Of a stretch of DNA of 64,000 nucleotides, positions 1 to 12,101 are shown piece after piece. The notes beneath the pieces are model-generated. The model saw only the letters and a program-made list of their open reading frames with translations. It searched no databases and was not told the DNA's origin. The DNA comes from Entomortierella parvispora E1425 (Eukaryota > Fungi > Mortierellomycota): positions 744,001 through 808,000 of the forward strand of contig BQFW01000002.1 in the NCBI GenBank assembly GCA_020891255.1. Reading direction: 5' to 3'. Each line of letters opens with the position of its first letter. The stretch's first letter is position 1. A program made the position numbers and the translations under genes.

Positions 1-27
1 GCTGCAAGGAACAGCGGCCGACGGCTG

Positions 28-73
28 ATTGGGTGCGAGGAGAGACGCCGCACACCGCCCGCTTGCTTTTATA
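28..73 (+). promoter_or_regulatory. Possible pacC core promoter: inverted CCAAT (ATTGG, 28-32) and TATA-like TTTATA, followed by an AUG-free CT-rich leader
   Basis: Motif match and position only. Confidence 0.3.
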
Positions 74-315
74 CGACAGTGTTTCCTTTCTTTTTTGTCT
101 TCTTTGTCCCCCCGCTTCTTTCATTTCTGCGCTCTTTGCTTTGCATTCATTCATTCAATCGCCCGTTCGCTCGTTCGTTTGTTCAATCGACGCAACTACT
201 CCCTCTCTTCTTTCCCTCTCTTCCAACTCACCCCTTCTCTGTGCTCAGTGTCTCGGGGCCAGTGTCGATTCTTTCCCTTCCAACTCAGCCTCTTCCCTTC
301 CAAAAAGAAGAAACC

Positions 316-3300
316 ATGGAAAGCATTCCCTCCCCCCACTCTTTCATCTTCTCGGACGACTACATCTGCCAATGGGACTCGTGTCTCAAGAACTTTGACG
401 ATGCCGAAATGCTCTATGAGCATCTTAGGGACGACCATGTTGGCCGCAAGGCTCACCACAACCTCTGCTTGACCTGTCGCTGGGACAAGTGCTCGGTGCC
501 TACATTTGCCAAGAGGGATCACATTACCTCGCATCTCCGTGTGCATGTTGCCTCGAAGCCGTACCATTGCGACGTAAGTCGACTCTCTCTCATCTCCCAC
601 GCTCTCCACACATGCCAAGGAGAAGTGTCTGGACTGAGCGACTGACCGGGAAACAGCAAGCGAGCACCCAGCCAGCCTGCACAGCGGGCTCGCTTGTTGT
701 TTCTCTTCAATCGGGCGGTCTGACATTATTTCTCTTGGCATTTTTTTTCTTTATCTTTTCCTCCCACCACACTGTCCCTGACCTGACCTGGCTTGGCCTG
801 ACCTGCGGCCGGACTTTGTCTTTCTCTTTGACGCTGTGTCCATGTGCTCTGTTACTCATCTATGCATGCTTGTGTGTTGCTATCTTTTTTCTTCTCCGAT
901 AGATCTGCAGAAAGGGATTCAAGCGCCCCCAGGACTTGAAGAAGCACGAAAAGACTCACCAGGAGGATGGCGAGAATCCCGCACAGGGGCAGCAACAGGA
1001 TGGCGCCCTTTTCGCCCCCAACACGAATTTGCTCGCCACCAGCCATGCCCACTTATACCAACCACCCACACCGCCTTCATACCAGGACCGGTCGCCCTCC
1101 ATCGCGTCATCCACCGTCTCATCCGTTCAATCGCCCTACAACTTGCCCTTGTCCCCAGCCAGCATGGCTGACTCTGGTGACTCGTGGAACCCACACAATG
1201 CCCGTAAGTCTATCTTCTGTTGTGTTTTGATTCATGACCTTCTTTTCTGCTTGTTTGCATGCGCAGTTGTTTTAACTTGCGATCACCTTTTCCTCCCCTT
1301 AGCTTCGCCGTCGTTCTCGACAAATTCTGACTTGTACAGCTCGCCCGGTGCGCCTGATCTGGAACTGGATATGATGAACGCCCAGGCATTTGGCGTTCGA
1401 CCCAACATTGATGTCTCTGGCAACTTTTACGGATCTTTCCCCACGGCTGGTGGCTACGAAGATATGGTCTCGCCCATGAGTGGCAAGCGAGCCCGTGATG
1501 GTTTTGACGACCTCCTCTCCGATACCCTGGGCTCTTTCGCGATGGAGGCCAAGAAGAAGCGTCTGGATCCCTCCTACAACAAAGGTAACGCCGAGGGACC
1601 ATTGCTCAGACACCCTCCTGGAAATGCTTTACTGCGGTATGACAATTCTGACATCGATCTGTTTTTCTTTATCTTTCTACTTTTAGACATGATGGACCGC
1701 CTGAATGCTCTCCAGTCCATCTTGGAGGTGAACCCACTTACGCCCGATCGTCTCCTCTCCTCGTTGCCTGATGTGAATGACTGGAGCCAATTCAACCAGT
1801 TGAACCAGTTCTGCTCGACCTTGTTTGAGGATGTCAGTGGAGAGGTCTTTGAGCCTCAGACTTTCGATACTCCTCTGTTCCCCGACTATGAGCAAAAGCA
1901 GACACCTTTGGCCCTCGATGCCAGCTTCAACATGAACAACCTTGCTGCCTACAACAACCAGATTATTCAGAACGGAGCCAACAACTTGGCCTTTAGCACA
2001 ATGCCCACCTCGGACTCTATCTATAAGGATATCCTCCCTGAAGACACTTACGCCAACCCTACCTCCAGTCTGGGTAACTATGGCGTCCCAGCAATGGCGT
2101 GGGACCCAATGTCGACGCCAACTCAAGGAGTGAGAATTGGAGGTACTCCCAGAAACGTCATGCAGACACAGCAGCCTAGCCGCTTCAACCCCAACTATGT
2201 GGTGCCTCAACAAAGTGCGAACTCGGATGTTAAGGTGGAGAAGGATGATGAGAAGGTCGCTTTGCCCACAGTGACTGTCAAACTTGAGGAGCGCAAGTAT
2301 GCCAGCGTGAGCACTCAGACAAAGGCCAAGCAGGAGCGCCTCGCCGCTGAAGGAGGCATGATGATGATGTCGCGACCCGCAGAGCAGAAGAGACGTCAAA
2401 AGACGTACGAACCAGTCGACCCCGATAACCTGGTCTTGCCCTCGGTACCTGATACTCCCCTGTCTGACCTGGATACGGACGAGCTCACTCCTGATGAGCT
2501 TGCACAGATCGAGGATGAAATTGAAGGCCAAGCTGAGCAGGATGAATCCCGCGATGGTGATGTGACTCCAACAGCTACAAACCCACAGTCGTCCAGCAGA
2601 TTTGGAGGATACGTCGAGAAGGCTCTTGCTAAGCAGGCCGCTGCTGCGGCCGCTTCTGCAGAACCAATGAGCCCAGTGGAGGCAATGACTCTTCAGTTGG
2701 AGCGAACAAGATTGGACGCTGACAACGTCAAGGTCGGTGGTCCCCTGATCAAGCCTGTAATTGAGGGTGACATGGAGCGACAGATGCGCGCAGCCAAGGC
2801 TCGTGCCCTCTGCTCCCAGGACCCCGTTCGCAAACAGCACGCTGAAGTCGTTTTGAACCTTCTCAAGAGCATTGACGCTCTTATGGTTGAACACCGAAGC
2901 AAGGTCGCTCAATACAAGCAGGCGCAAGCCCAAGCAGAGTCTGGATTGGCTGCTCGCACTGGCGTTGCCCGCCCTGGATCTGCTGTCGGCGCCAGTGTTC
3001 CCAGCATGTACCCAAGAGCAGGCGTAAATGTGCAGAGCCAGGGCCAGATCCGAACGGTATCATCCTACCTTCCCCGTCGCACGCCCCATCAGCCCTCGCC
3101 TCTTCACCAGAATCACCAACCCCCTTCCGCTGACCCAGACTATAGCCAGCTTCGCTCAAGCTTGACAGAGGATCGTCGACCTGCTTATAGCCAAAATGTG
3201 GCGTCTGCACCTGCTGCTGATTCTCCTGTTCTCTATCCAACCTCTGATTTGCATCGTCCTGAAGAGGAGGAGCCCTTTGAGCTTTCTGAAGAGGAGAGGA

Positions 3301-3362
3301 GGTTCATTGAGGAGGACAATGCCAAGACGGCAGCGGCGCAAGCCCGATATGTCCATGTATAA
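316..3362 (+). CDS. pacC: pH-response C2H2 zinc-finger transcription factor PacC/Rim101; exons 316-573, 903-1203, 1303-1584, 1687-3362
   Basis: Three C2H2 fingers with the PacC hallmarks: [31 protein letters not shown] and, after splicing, YHCD|[19 protein letters not shown]. Conserved [15 protein letters not shown] segment. All introns are GT-AG and keep frame. Confidence 0.93.
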
Positions 3363-3625
3363 ACTCATTTTTTGTTTGTTTTGTCACGGTGAGAAAGAAG
3401 GGATTCTCATGACTTGTACCCATACATTTGAATAAAAATTAAAAAATATCGAATACTTTAATCGCACACTTTGTTCTTTTCTTTTCCAAAGTTTTTCTCT
3501 TGCTTCCCAAGTTCCAACGTGACAATTCAATTCATGGTTTCATTCTGACATTCTTGCATGCTCTTGTCTGCCTTCCTTCCTCTACTATTTCGCCCGACGG
3601 ATTCGTCTGAAGACCTGAGAACGTC

Positions 3626-6384
3626 ATGTTCAAGAACATCTTTAATACCCCCGAGTCCATCAGAAGCGCAATGTAATTTCAAGAAACTTTGCCAATGACT
3701 TTGAGCACTCTCAGCAACTTTGTTTTTTCTCTTTTCCTCCCAATATGATTAACCAGCCAGTCTTGGCAATTTTGTTTTCTCTTTCTGTTGGGGGACTCGA
3801 TAGTTTGGGGCAGGATGAAATTCGAGCGCGAAGTCAACAAGGGTAAAGAAAAACAAGAACCAACCTGCACTTTCATTGCAAAGAGACAGACATTGGAAAT
3901 ATCAACTATAACATACATTTTTTTGTATCATTGCAGCTTGCAGGCCGTGAGATCAGGCGTGGAGAGCCTCCGAACAGTATTGGCTAATAACCCAGCCCCG
4001 AACGAACTAGGAGGAGGGGTACAGGCACGCGATTCAAATGGAACAGGGGATTCAGGCCGCCCGAGTGAGGCAAAGACAACGACAACGCGTGGACGATCAG
4101 GATCCTGGTCTTTATTGCCACCCTCGCTTTCTGGAAGGTCTCACGCATTCAATACATCGTCCTCGTCCTCATCCTCGTCAGTTTCGACACATGCAGAAAG
4201 GAATCGTACTGGATATCGGCCCGGAGGAGGAGGTGATGGGACCGTAGAAACAGCAAGTCGTCCCAATTCTCTAACAGGATCGTCGTCCATCACCGAATCG
4301 GTCGCAGAGTCGATCAAGAGTTTGAGTACCGGTCTGAGCTTGGCACAGTTTGCTGGTGGTCTGGGGTTAACTGGAACCGGCAGTCTTCATCAACATCACG
4401 GGTCTGGATCTGGATCAGGCTTGGGATCGGGCACGACTCCTCCTTCCCATTCGAGAAGAGGGACCATGGACATGAGTCAGACCTCTCAGTCTTCGATGAC
4501 TACGGTTGGCTCAGGGTCCCAGGTGAGGAAACCGTCGATGCCATTGTCGAACCGGAATCGCGTTTGGACTTGGAATGGACAAGAGGGCGGTGAGGCCGAG
4601 GAGTTTGCTGGGGGAGCAGGCTTGGGATTGAAGACTGGAGTACAAACAGAAGAAGCTGCCAAGGAGACAGAGGCGAGGTTGGCTAGACTGCGTGAACAGG
4701 AGGATGCGTCTCTTGCGCGAAGCCGAAGGATGCCCGAGGTTGAGCAGATGGCTCAAAGGTAAAAATGACAGACGACGGCAACTGGTTTAACCTACAAATG
4801 CACCTTGACATGAATGAAGTGTTGTGGCAACTTACTCATGTACTCATCTCCTCGTTTTTGAATACTCTCAGATACCAGGACTCTTGGAAAGAGATCCACG
4901 AGCATACAGCTCGCAATGCCGAGAAAGCAGATGTAAGAGGCTATGAACCCATCTCTGCTTTGTCATCTTGATATTTTTATTCACATTTTTTCGGCTTTTT
5001 GACTCTTTTTTTTTAGAATGCGGATGAAATTTTGGGAAAAGTCTTGGAGCTTTGCCAGCGTCATGTAAAAGCCTCGAGTTTGATGGAAACAGAATGCAAA
5101 GGGCTCCAGGATTTAGGCAAGAGTCTGGACGACATGGTCGTTGTATCAGGTAGATGATTCTTCGAGAAAGTTTTTCGCTTAGACTCTGAAATACCATGAG
5201 ACCTAACATGCTGTCTTCCACTCTTGTTTTTTTTTTTTTTTTTTTTTTTTCAAAAGGCAATATTCACAAGAAATTGATGGGATTGGAGGCTACGATTGAA
5301 AAGCTAGAGGAGAATCACGAGGAACTGACGTTGGCCGACTGGAAAAAATCAAAAGTCGTGGAGCTCGACAAGTACATGGAATCAAAAAGGTATAGTAGAA
5401 AAAATGGGAAGAAATGTGTTTCCATTATCAATACTGATAATCCCTTTTACGCTTCTTGTTGATAGAAATGAGTTATGGGACAAAGCAGAGTTGCTCTCGA
5501 CTAGAAGTGAGCAGTTTCAAAAGGAAGAGGCTGCCAGGAAACTCAAGCAATATCAAAACCAATTCGAATCCGACATGGCCCACTTTCGGAGAACCCAGGA
5601 AGAAAAGGAGCAAGAATTGCTGTGGAAGGCAGCCCAGCGGGACCCTGTCGCTCTGTCTGAAGACCAGAAACGGGCGATTTTGTCCGACACTACCACACCC
5701 AAAGGAAGCGAGAATTCAGCAAACACTCACCCTGAGGCGAAATCCAGGGACGAGTTCTTGTTTGGGGCCAGGATACCGAGTAGCGCCGCCGTTTTCGCAA
5801 CGGCCTCCAAGCTCTTGTCATCGTTGGAATCTGCAAGACGAGGACAGAGTGCCAACATTGAATCAACAGTGCCCAACTCGGGTTCACTTGAAGCTTCTGT
5901 TCCTACTCCTCTCAGATCACCGCTGCCCCGGACAAGAGAAACTTCGACCTCCCTCCTGGCCATGGAAGATGTTGAGGACTGGAAGGACAAAGAAGATCTC
6001 GACAACTTCCTAGGCCCTTCGACGGACGAGAATGATGTGCATACCGATACCAAACTCACATCAAAGACTCTCCAGGGTGAAGACGAAGAAGAGGACAAGA
6101 AGGAAACCATCATCCTGCAAGACATTGAGTATGAGGATGAGTCGGCTCAGGAAATGCATGGCGATAATGGCGATGAGGAAGAAGACGCTGACGCTGACGA
6201 GGAGACGAGCGAAGAAGACTCGAGCGAAGAAGACGAGGAAGAAGAAGAGGAGCTTGACCCCATTGCGAAGGCACGCCAGGCGAGAGCTGCTGCAGCTGCG
6301 GCAGCCGCCGCTGGTCCCAAGGTATCAACAGGCTCGACAATATCCGCCTTTTCTTCTTTGACCAAGCATCCGTCCAAGACTTGA
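3626..6384 (+). CDS. DTNBP1: Dysbindin (BLOC-1 subunit) homolog with Ser/Gly-rich N-terminal insertion and acidic tail; exons 3626-3672, 3937-4758, 4872-4932, 5017-5149, 5257-5389, 5466-6384
   Basis: The spliced coiled coil RYQDSWKEIH...LDKYMESKRNEL aligns without gaps to human dysbindin as recalled (RYEDTWAALH...LENYKKNKRKEL). QFESDMAHF resembles AFQQDMEQY and EDLDNFL resembles EALDVFL. Splice phases are consistent. The 47-nt first exon is the least certain part. Confidence 0.75.
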
Positions 6385-6591
6385 ATTCTTGTAAGAGTAA
6401 TAAAAAAAAAAGGATACCATTGTCGCTACTTGACTCTAGATTTTTTAGTGAAGATTTTTGCAAGTCGTTTTATTCATGTGCGTGGGTAATTGTAGTTGTA
6501 GTTGCTGTTGTCGTTGGAAAGAGAAACATGGCCATCCGTGCTGGTAGTGAACATAGTATGGCCCTTTTCTGATAATGTTCTCGAATGGTGA

Positions 6592-9493
6592 TTATTCGTC
6601 ATCTCCATCATGATGCAAGGTCACTGAACTGAAATTGGCAAACAAGTTTTTGGCTCCAGGGTGTTGAAGAACCAGCTCCTCGCCCTCGATGTCCAAACTG
6701 ACAGACTCCTGCATGGCCCTGAAATTGATCGCATCGGCTCCAAATGAGGGTTGGGGTATGATCGGTGGAGGCAAATGACGCAAGAGTGCCCAATTGGTGG
6801 TCTTGAAGAATGGATGGGATTTCACATCGCTGGCTCCGGCTTTGGACCCTAACCGAAGCTGATCATCCTTGATCAGCAGTTTCCGAATAACCGACTTGCA
6901 CAGAGACGACACCTGCTGTGCTCCTGGATGGTCTGGGAATTGAACGTCGGTATGCAAGATCGAGTGGAAGGTTGCATTCCGGTCCTTGCCCTTGAACGGC
7001 GTTACTCCAAATAGCATCTCATACATCAGGATACCCAATGTCCACCAATCCACAGCTGATGTATGTCCGGTCCCTTTGATGACCTCTGGTGCAATGTATT
7101 CTGTGAAGTGAAGAAATAGCAGGGCTTGTTAATTGACAGGCCAGTCCAAATCGGGCATTCGTCCCATGCATGTAAATGAGTATATCCTCAGCACGTACCC
7201 TCAGTGCCAACAAAGCTGTTTGTCCTGAGATTAGCTATGCAAGATTTGGTATCAATGGCGGGAGGCATGGAGGGAGATCCGTTTTTGACCACTGTGGGCT
7301 CGCCAGCTGGAGACGATTGCTTGGAGAGATCGAAATCTGTCAACATGATATGTCCTGTCTGGTGCAGCAAAATATCTAGGGGTCGAAACAAAAAAGAACA
7401 ATGCGCAGACGTGAGCCAACAATAAATTCCTCGCGTGGCTCTCAACTGTCCATGAGACAAAGAAAAAGAATTATGAAAAATTAGGTCCGTTGCTTACTCT
7501 CTGGCTTGAGGTCTCGGTAGATGAATCCCATCAAGTGCAGGTACTCCAACGCAGCAATGACTTCTGCAGCATAGAACTTTGCATCCTCCTCTTGCAGGTA
7601 TTTCCCAGGCCGGGTTTGAAGTGCTATTAGTTTTGTTTTTTTTGATGTGGGGCCAATTTGAATTGTTCGGTTAATGATCCATTGCTTCGATATAAATAGG
7701 CTTGTCCAGTCGATTGGTGCCTGACAAATCCCTCCTCCACAGACGCAAACACACACGCACACACACAGATACACACTCACCTCTGAAGAACTCGCCACCC
7801 ATGCAGTACTCCATGCACAGGTAAAGGTAATCTTCCGATTGGAATGAATGGTATAATGTGACGATGAAGGGGTGGTTCGACGTGGCCAGAATCTCTTGCT
7901 CTGCAAAGGCTCGCTTAATCTTGTTGCGCTTGATCATTTCTTTCTTGGACAGCACTGAAGAATAGGAAGAGACAAATCGAGTTAGGGTCCGAGTAGAGCC
8001 ATGACGATCCGCCACAGAGCGGCTCCAAGGGCAATGTTGATCGCATATACCTTTCATGGCATAGAGCCGATCCGTGTCCTTTTGACGAACAAGATACACC
8101 TTGCCGACGTCGCCTTTGCCCAACAGCCGAATCTTGACAAAGCTGCTGGGGGTCACCTCGACCGTCTTTTTCTTGATCGAATTGGATGAGTACGTACGAC
8201 GGAAAGCACCTCTTCGGAGGTCCAGTGCAGAGCCGTTGGGACTCTTTGGAATGTTGAGATGGAGACCGCCGCCGTTGAGTTTGGGCGATGGCGAAGATGA
8301 TGGACTGAAGCTGCTATTACCCGCCGTTGAATCGGTGGCTGTGGTGGTCATAGAAGATGTGGTCATGTTGGAATGGATCGAGCTGTTTGATTTGGCTAGG
8401 GCTGATGGTGCGAGCGGTCCGTTGTTCCTGTCTGCTGCTGTTCCAGGACTACTGGCAATGGCGTCTTCGAGTGTGGCCTTTGCACTGGGAGTCGAGGCGA
8501 CTCTCCGGAGGAACTGCATTGGAGAATGTAAAGAAAGAAAGAAGGGTCAGCATCAAGTCATCACTTGTGGACTTTTGAGTTTGATAGCATGGGGATGATG
8601 ATAATTCGGCATTACAAACGACATTCCACTGATGAATGAGTATCACAAAGTAAGAGCAAGGAAAAGGGGAGGAAGACGTGGAGGAGGTTGGTGATGGAGA
8701 TGAGTACAGGAAGACTGGTCTAGATTAAGATGCAGCGATGACGACGGAGCAGTAAGGCGGGCAACGGTCGTGGCTATTGTTTGCTATGGCTGCAGCGTGA
8801 GCGGGAATAGGGAAAGAGAGGGGAGAAGGGAGTCTGACGAAAGGCGACTTTATCGGCACAAAGGTGAATCGAAAGAGTGAATGGATGAATGAATGGATGA
8901 ATAAATGAATGAACAGAAAAAGATGATGCCCTCAAAAAAGAATGATGCGGCGAGATGATGAGCCAACAGGGAACTGGGGACAGAAAGGCCAGGGAAAGAG
9001 AGGGAAAGGAAAGGGGGGCACACTCTCGCTGGAGGGATGTACATTCGCTGTCTTCTTTTTTTTTTTTTTTTTTTTTGGTCCTTCTGCGCGGGAGTCAAGT
9101 CCCGACCGACTGACATCCTCGGTCCAACTCTGTTTTTCTTCTTCCTCTTGCTCCGACTCTCTCTCTCTCTCTCTCTCTCTCCACAACACTCACACAACCC
9201 ACATCCACACAAGAGGAATAGAATAAATAAAAAAAGGGTCAACTCACATCCTGGTTGTCCTGGGCAGGTGAGCCAGGTGCGGAGCCTAGGGGGGCCGATT
9301 TTTTTGTATATGGGCTGGGTGGGTAGTATGGGTCCTTGGGCGCAGGTCCGGGACTTCGTCGGAAGAACGACTTGAACTTTGAGTACGACGGTGGAGGGGA
9401 CGCAATAATGGTCGACGACGACGACGACGAAAACGAGGCGGAGGGCGAGGACAGGGATGGGGACGGGGGGTAGTGTTCACTCGAGGTCTGCAT
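6592..9493 (-). CDS. FPK1: AGC Ser/Thr kinase, Fpk1/Kin82/Nrc-2 (flippase kinase) family; exons 9493-9248, 8513-8051, 7954-7781, 7623-7498, 7375-7199, 7100-6592
   Basis: [22 protein letters not shown] in place of [17 protein letters not shown], and the C-terminal [11 protein letters not shown] typical of this family. The first exon is inferred from a GTGAGT donor at 9247 and a branch point/pyrimidine tract/CAG acceptor at 8514. Confidence 0.92.
9157..9180. repeat. (CT)n microsatellite in kinase intron 1
   Basis: Direct dinucleotide run. Confidence 0.9.
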
Positions 9494-9963
9494 CACTCTG
9501 GTTTCTGTTTTCAGGCTTGTGGAGAGGATGGACCAGAGGGTCAAAAGTGGCGGTTGTGCTGGAATGCAGGTTCCAGTGGGCAGGCGGGGCAAGTGTGGGG
9601 ATGGATGACAAAGATGGGGATTGAAAGCTAGAGCAAAATGAGGGGATGAAGGTCGATGGGAAAGAACAAAAAGAGGGAAAAAGGGGAGACAACAGCACGC
9701 GCTGTGGCCAAAAACCCCTCTGGTCAATAATTGATTGCAAAGCCCAGTCAACTCTCCCATGCTGACACAGGACACACAGTTGCTCTTTCCCCATATTCGT
9801 CTGTAGCACGCTCCCACTTTCGCGTGGACTTGAACCATGATGGGGAGTAGAGTTTTATTGCACTAACCGTTCGTGGTAGTTTTTATGTGTATCGTGTGTA
9901 TCATGTCTAGAGGTTGAGAGGACGCCATGGCCCCCTCCGTCTTCTCCTTTCGTTCCTTCCTTC

Positions 9964-11607
9964 TTACTCGGTCAACAGTGCGCGCGAGGCAACCAAGCGC
10001 ATGATCTCGTTGGTGCCTTCAAGGATGCGGTGCACACGCGTGTCACGCAAGTACACGTTGACCTTGTAGTCCTTCAAGTAACCGTATCCACCGTGGAGTT
10101 GCAAAGCGTCATCGCAGATCTGGAAGCACTGGTCGGTGGACTGGAGCTTGGCCATGGCGCAGAAGGCTGCGGCACCAGGATGGTCCTCGTCCAACATCTT
10201 TGCTGCCTGGCGGACCATCAGTCTTGAGGACACGAGGCTGGTGGCCATGTCTGCGAGCTTGAACTGGGTGTTCTGGAAGTGGGCAATGGGCTGGTTGAAT
10301 TGCTTGCGGACTTTGACGTGCTCCAAAGCAGCCTCGATCGAGGCTTGGGCAGCTCCCAAACTGCACGATCCAATGTTGATACGACCACCGTTCAATCCCT
10401 TCATGGCCATCGAGAAACCCTGACCCTCGTGACCAATCATGTTCTCAACGGGGACCTCACAGTCCTCCATGATGACTGCACGGGTGGGCTGGGAGTTCCA
10501 TCCGAGCTTGTTCTCCTTCTTACCAAAGCTCAGGCCCTTGAATCCCTTCTCGAGCACAAAGCAAGAGATTCCCTTGGGGCCTGGTCCTCCAGTACGTGCC
10601 ATGACGACGTACGTGTCCGAGCTACCTCCACCAGAGATGAAGGCCTTGCTGCCGTTAAGAACGTAGTGCGAACCCTTCTTGACGGCAGTAGTGGAAAGGG
10701 ACCCAGCGTCCGAGCCGGCACCAGGCTCTGTCAGGCAGTAGGATGCAAACTTCTCCATACTGGTCAAGGGGGGAAGGAACTTTTGACGCTGCTCGTCAGT
10801 ACCAAAATTATCAATCATCCAAAGGGCCATGCTATCGGGGGGAATCGGGGGAGGATGATCATAAACTGTTAGTACTAAAGAAAGGGAGACGAACGATAAT
10901 GACTCGACAAAGTCGGTTTAAACAACATACTTGTGAATACTGATGTAGGCGGTAGTGGACGTGCAGCCGGTAGCGAGGGCCTCAAAAATGACCGAGGTAT
11001 CCAATCGGCTAAGGCCCGCTCCACCAACATCCTCACGGATATAGAGACCACCAAAACCGAGGTCAGCACTCTTGCGGAGCACATCAGCAGGGAAGTGCTG
11101 GTTCTCGTCCCACTAGAAACAGCATTCTCAAGTAGGGTGAGTATATTGTCATACGGTCAAAGAGGCCTGGTTCATACGCAGCGGGAGGTTATCGCACCTC
11201 TTGCATCTTGGGAGCAAACTCTTTGTCAGCAAAGCTGCGCGCAAGACTTTGGAGCTCCATCTGTTCATCTGTGTGGTGTGGGCGGGGCAAGAGTCAGTGA
11301 CTGACAGACACAAAGAGTAGGGTGTTTGAAACAAGGCACAACAGCGTCAGTTATTTACCTGTCAAGCCAAGGCCGGCTATAGTCAAGAATAAGGAAGAGT
11401 CTGATCAGCATGAGAGCAAATGGGCCAATGGGGAGGCAAGATGAGACTGATCAAGCAGAAGCAATGGCGGCATTCTAGTGAAGTGGACCACGTAGACCTA
11501 CCATCAATAGGGGAGGAAAAGTGGCGAATCTGGCTAGAAAGAGCAGATGAGGCTCTTGCAAGGCGGATGGGGGCACGTCTTGCGGCAATGGAGAGGAGTG
11601 ATGACAT
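9964..11607 (-). CDS. ACAD8: Mitochondrial isobutyryl-CoA dehydrogenase-like acyl-CoA dehydrogenase; exons 11607-11502, 11376-11359, 11268-11198, 11112-10931, 10831-9964
   Basis: [68 protein letters not shown] and [11 protein letters not shown] match ACAD8. The N-terminus is an Arg/Ser/Ala-rich presequence. Confidence 0.92.
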
Positions 11608-12101
11608 GTCTTCGAAGAATGTAGAGGAGTAGAGTGGAGAGCAGAGAGTAACGAGTGGAGAAAACGAGTAGAGATGCAACCAGATGAGAGAGACAATGAG
11701 AGGCCCTTTTAAAGAGTCGCAGAAGGCGGACTATACAACCGTGGGAAAAACAAGCCACGCGCACACCTCCGGACCTACTGATTCGACGCGTCCTTCGTCC
11801 TTCGGGGCGGATGGCAGCCACGGCTCATAGCTGCGTACGCTTCAAGAATGGAGACTGAATGGCCTGGCTCCCTGCCGAGGTCAAAATGATATGCACACCG
11901 CCAGCATGCACGCACACAGTGCAAAGAAAATGCGAGGCGATAGGATGAGAAGACCTGTCCCTTACTGCAGCCCTATCTGTAGTTGCCCTCCCGCCCTAGC
12001 AACCTTGCAACACAATTGAATACAAAAAAAAAGAGTAGAACGCGTGCAAAAAGACATTTTTTTTCATTGACTATTTTCCTATTCTGTCCAACCCGTATCT
12101 A

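Noticed and set aside
1683-2933. Long antisense or alternative-frame ORFs (for example 1683-2933 -, 26986-27579 +, 42607-43308 -, 44847-45839 -, 53608-54216 -, 60813-61772 +)
   Set aside because: They shadow well-supported genes, are explained by codon bias, and show no family motifs.
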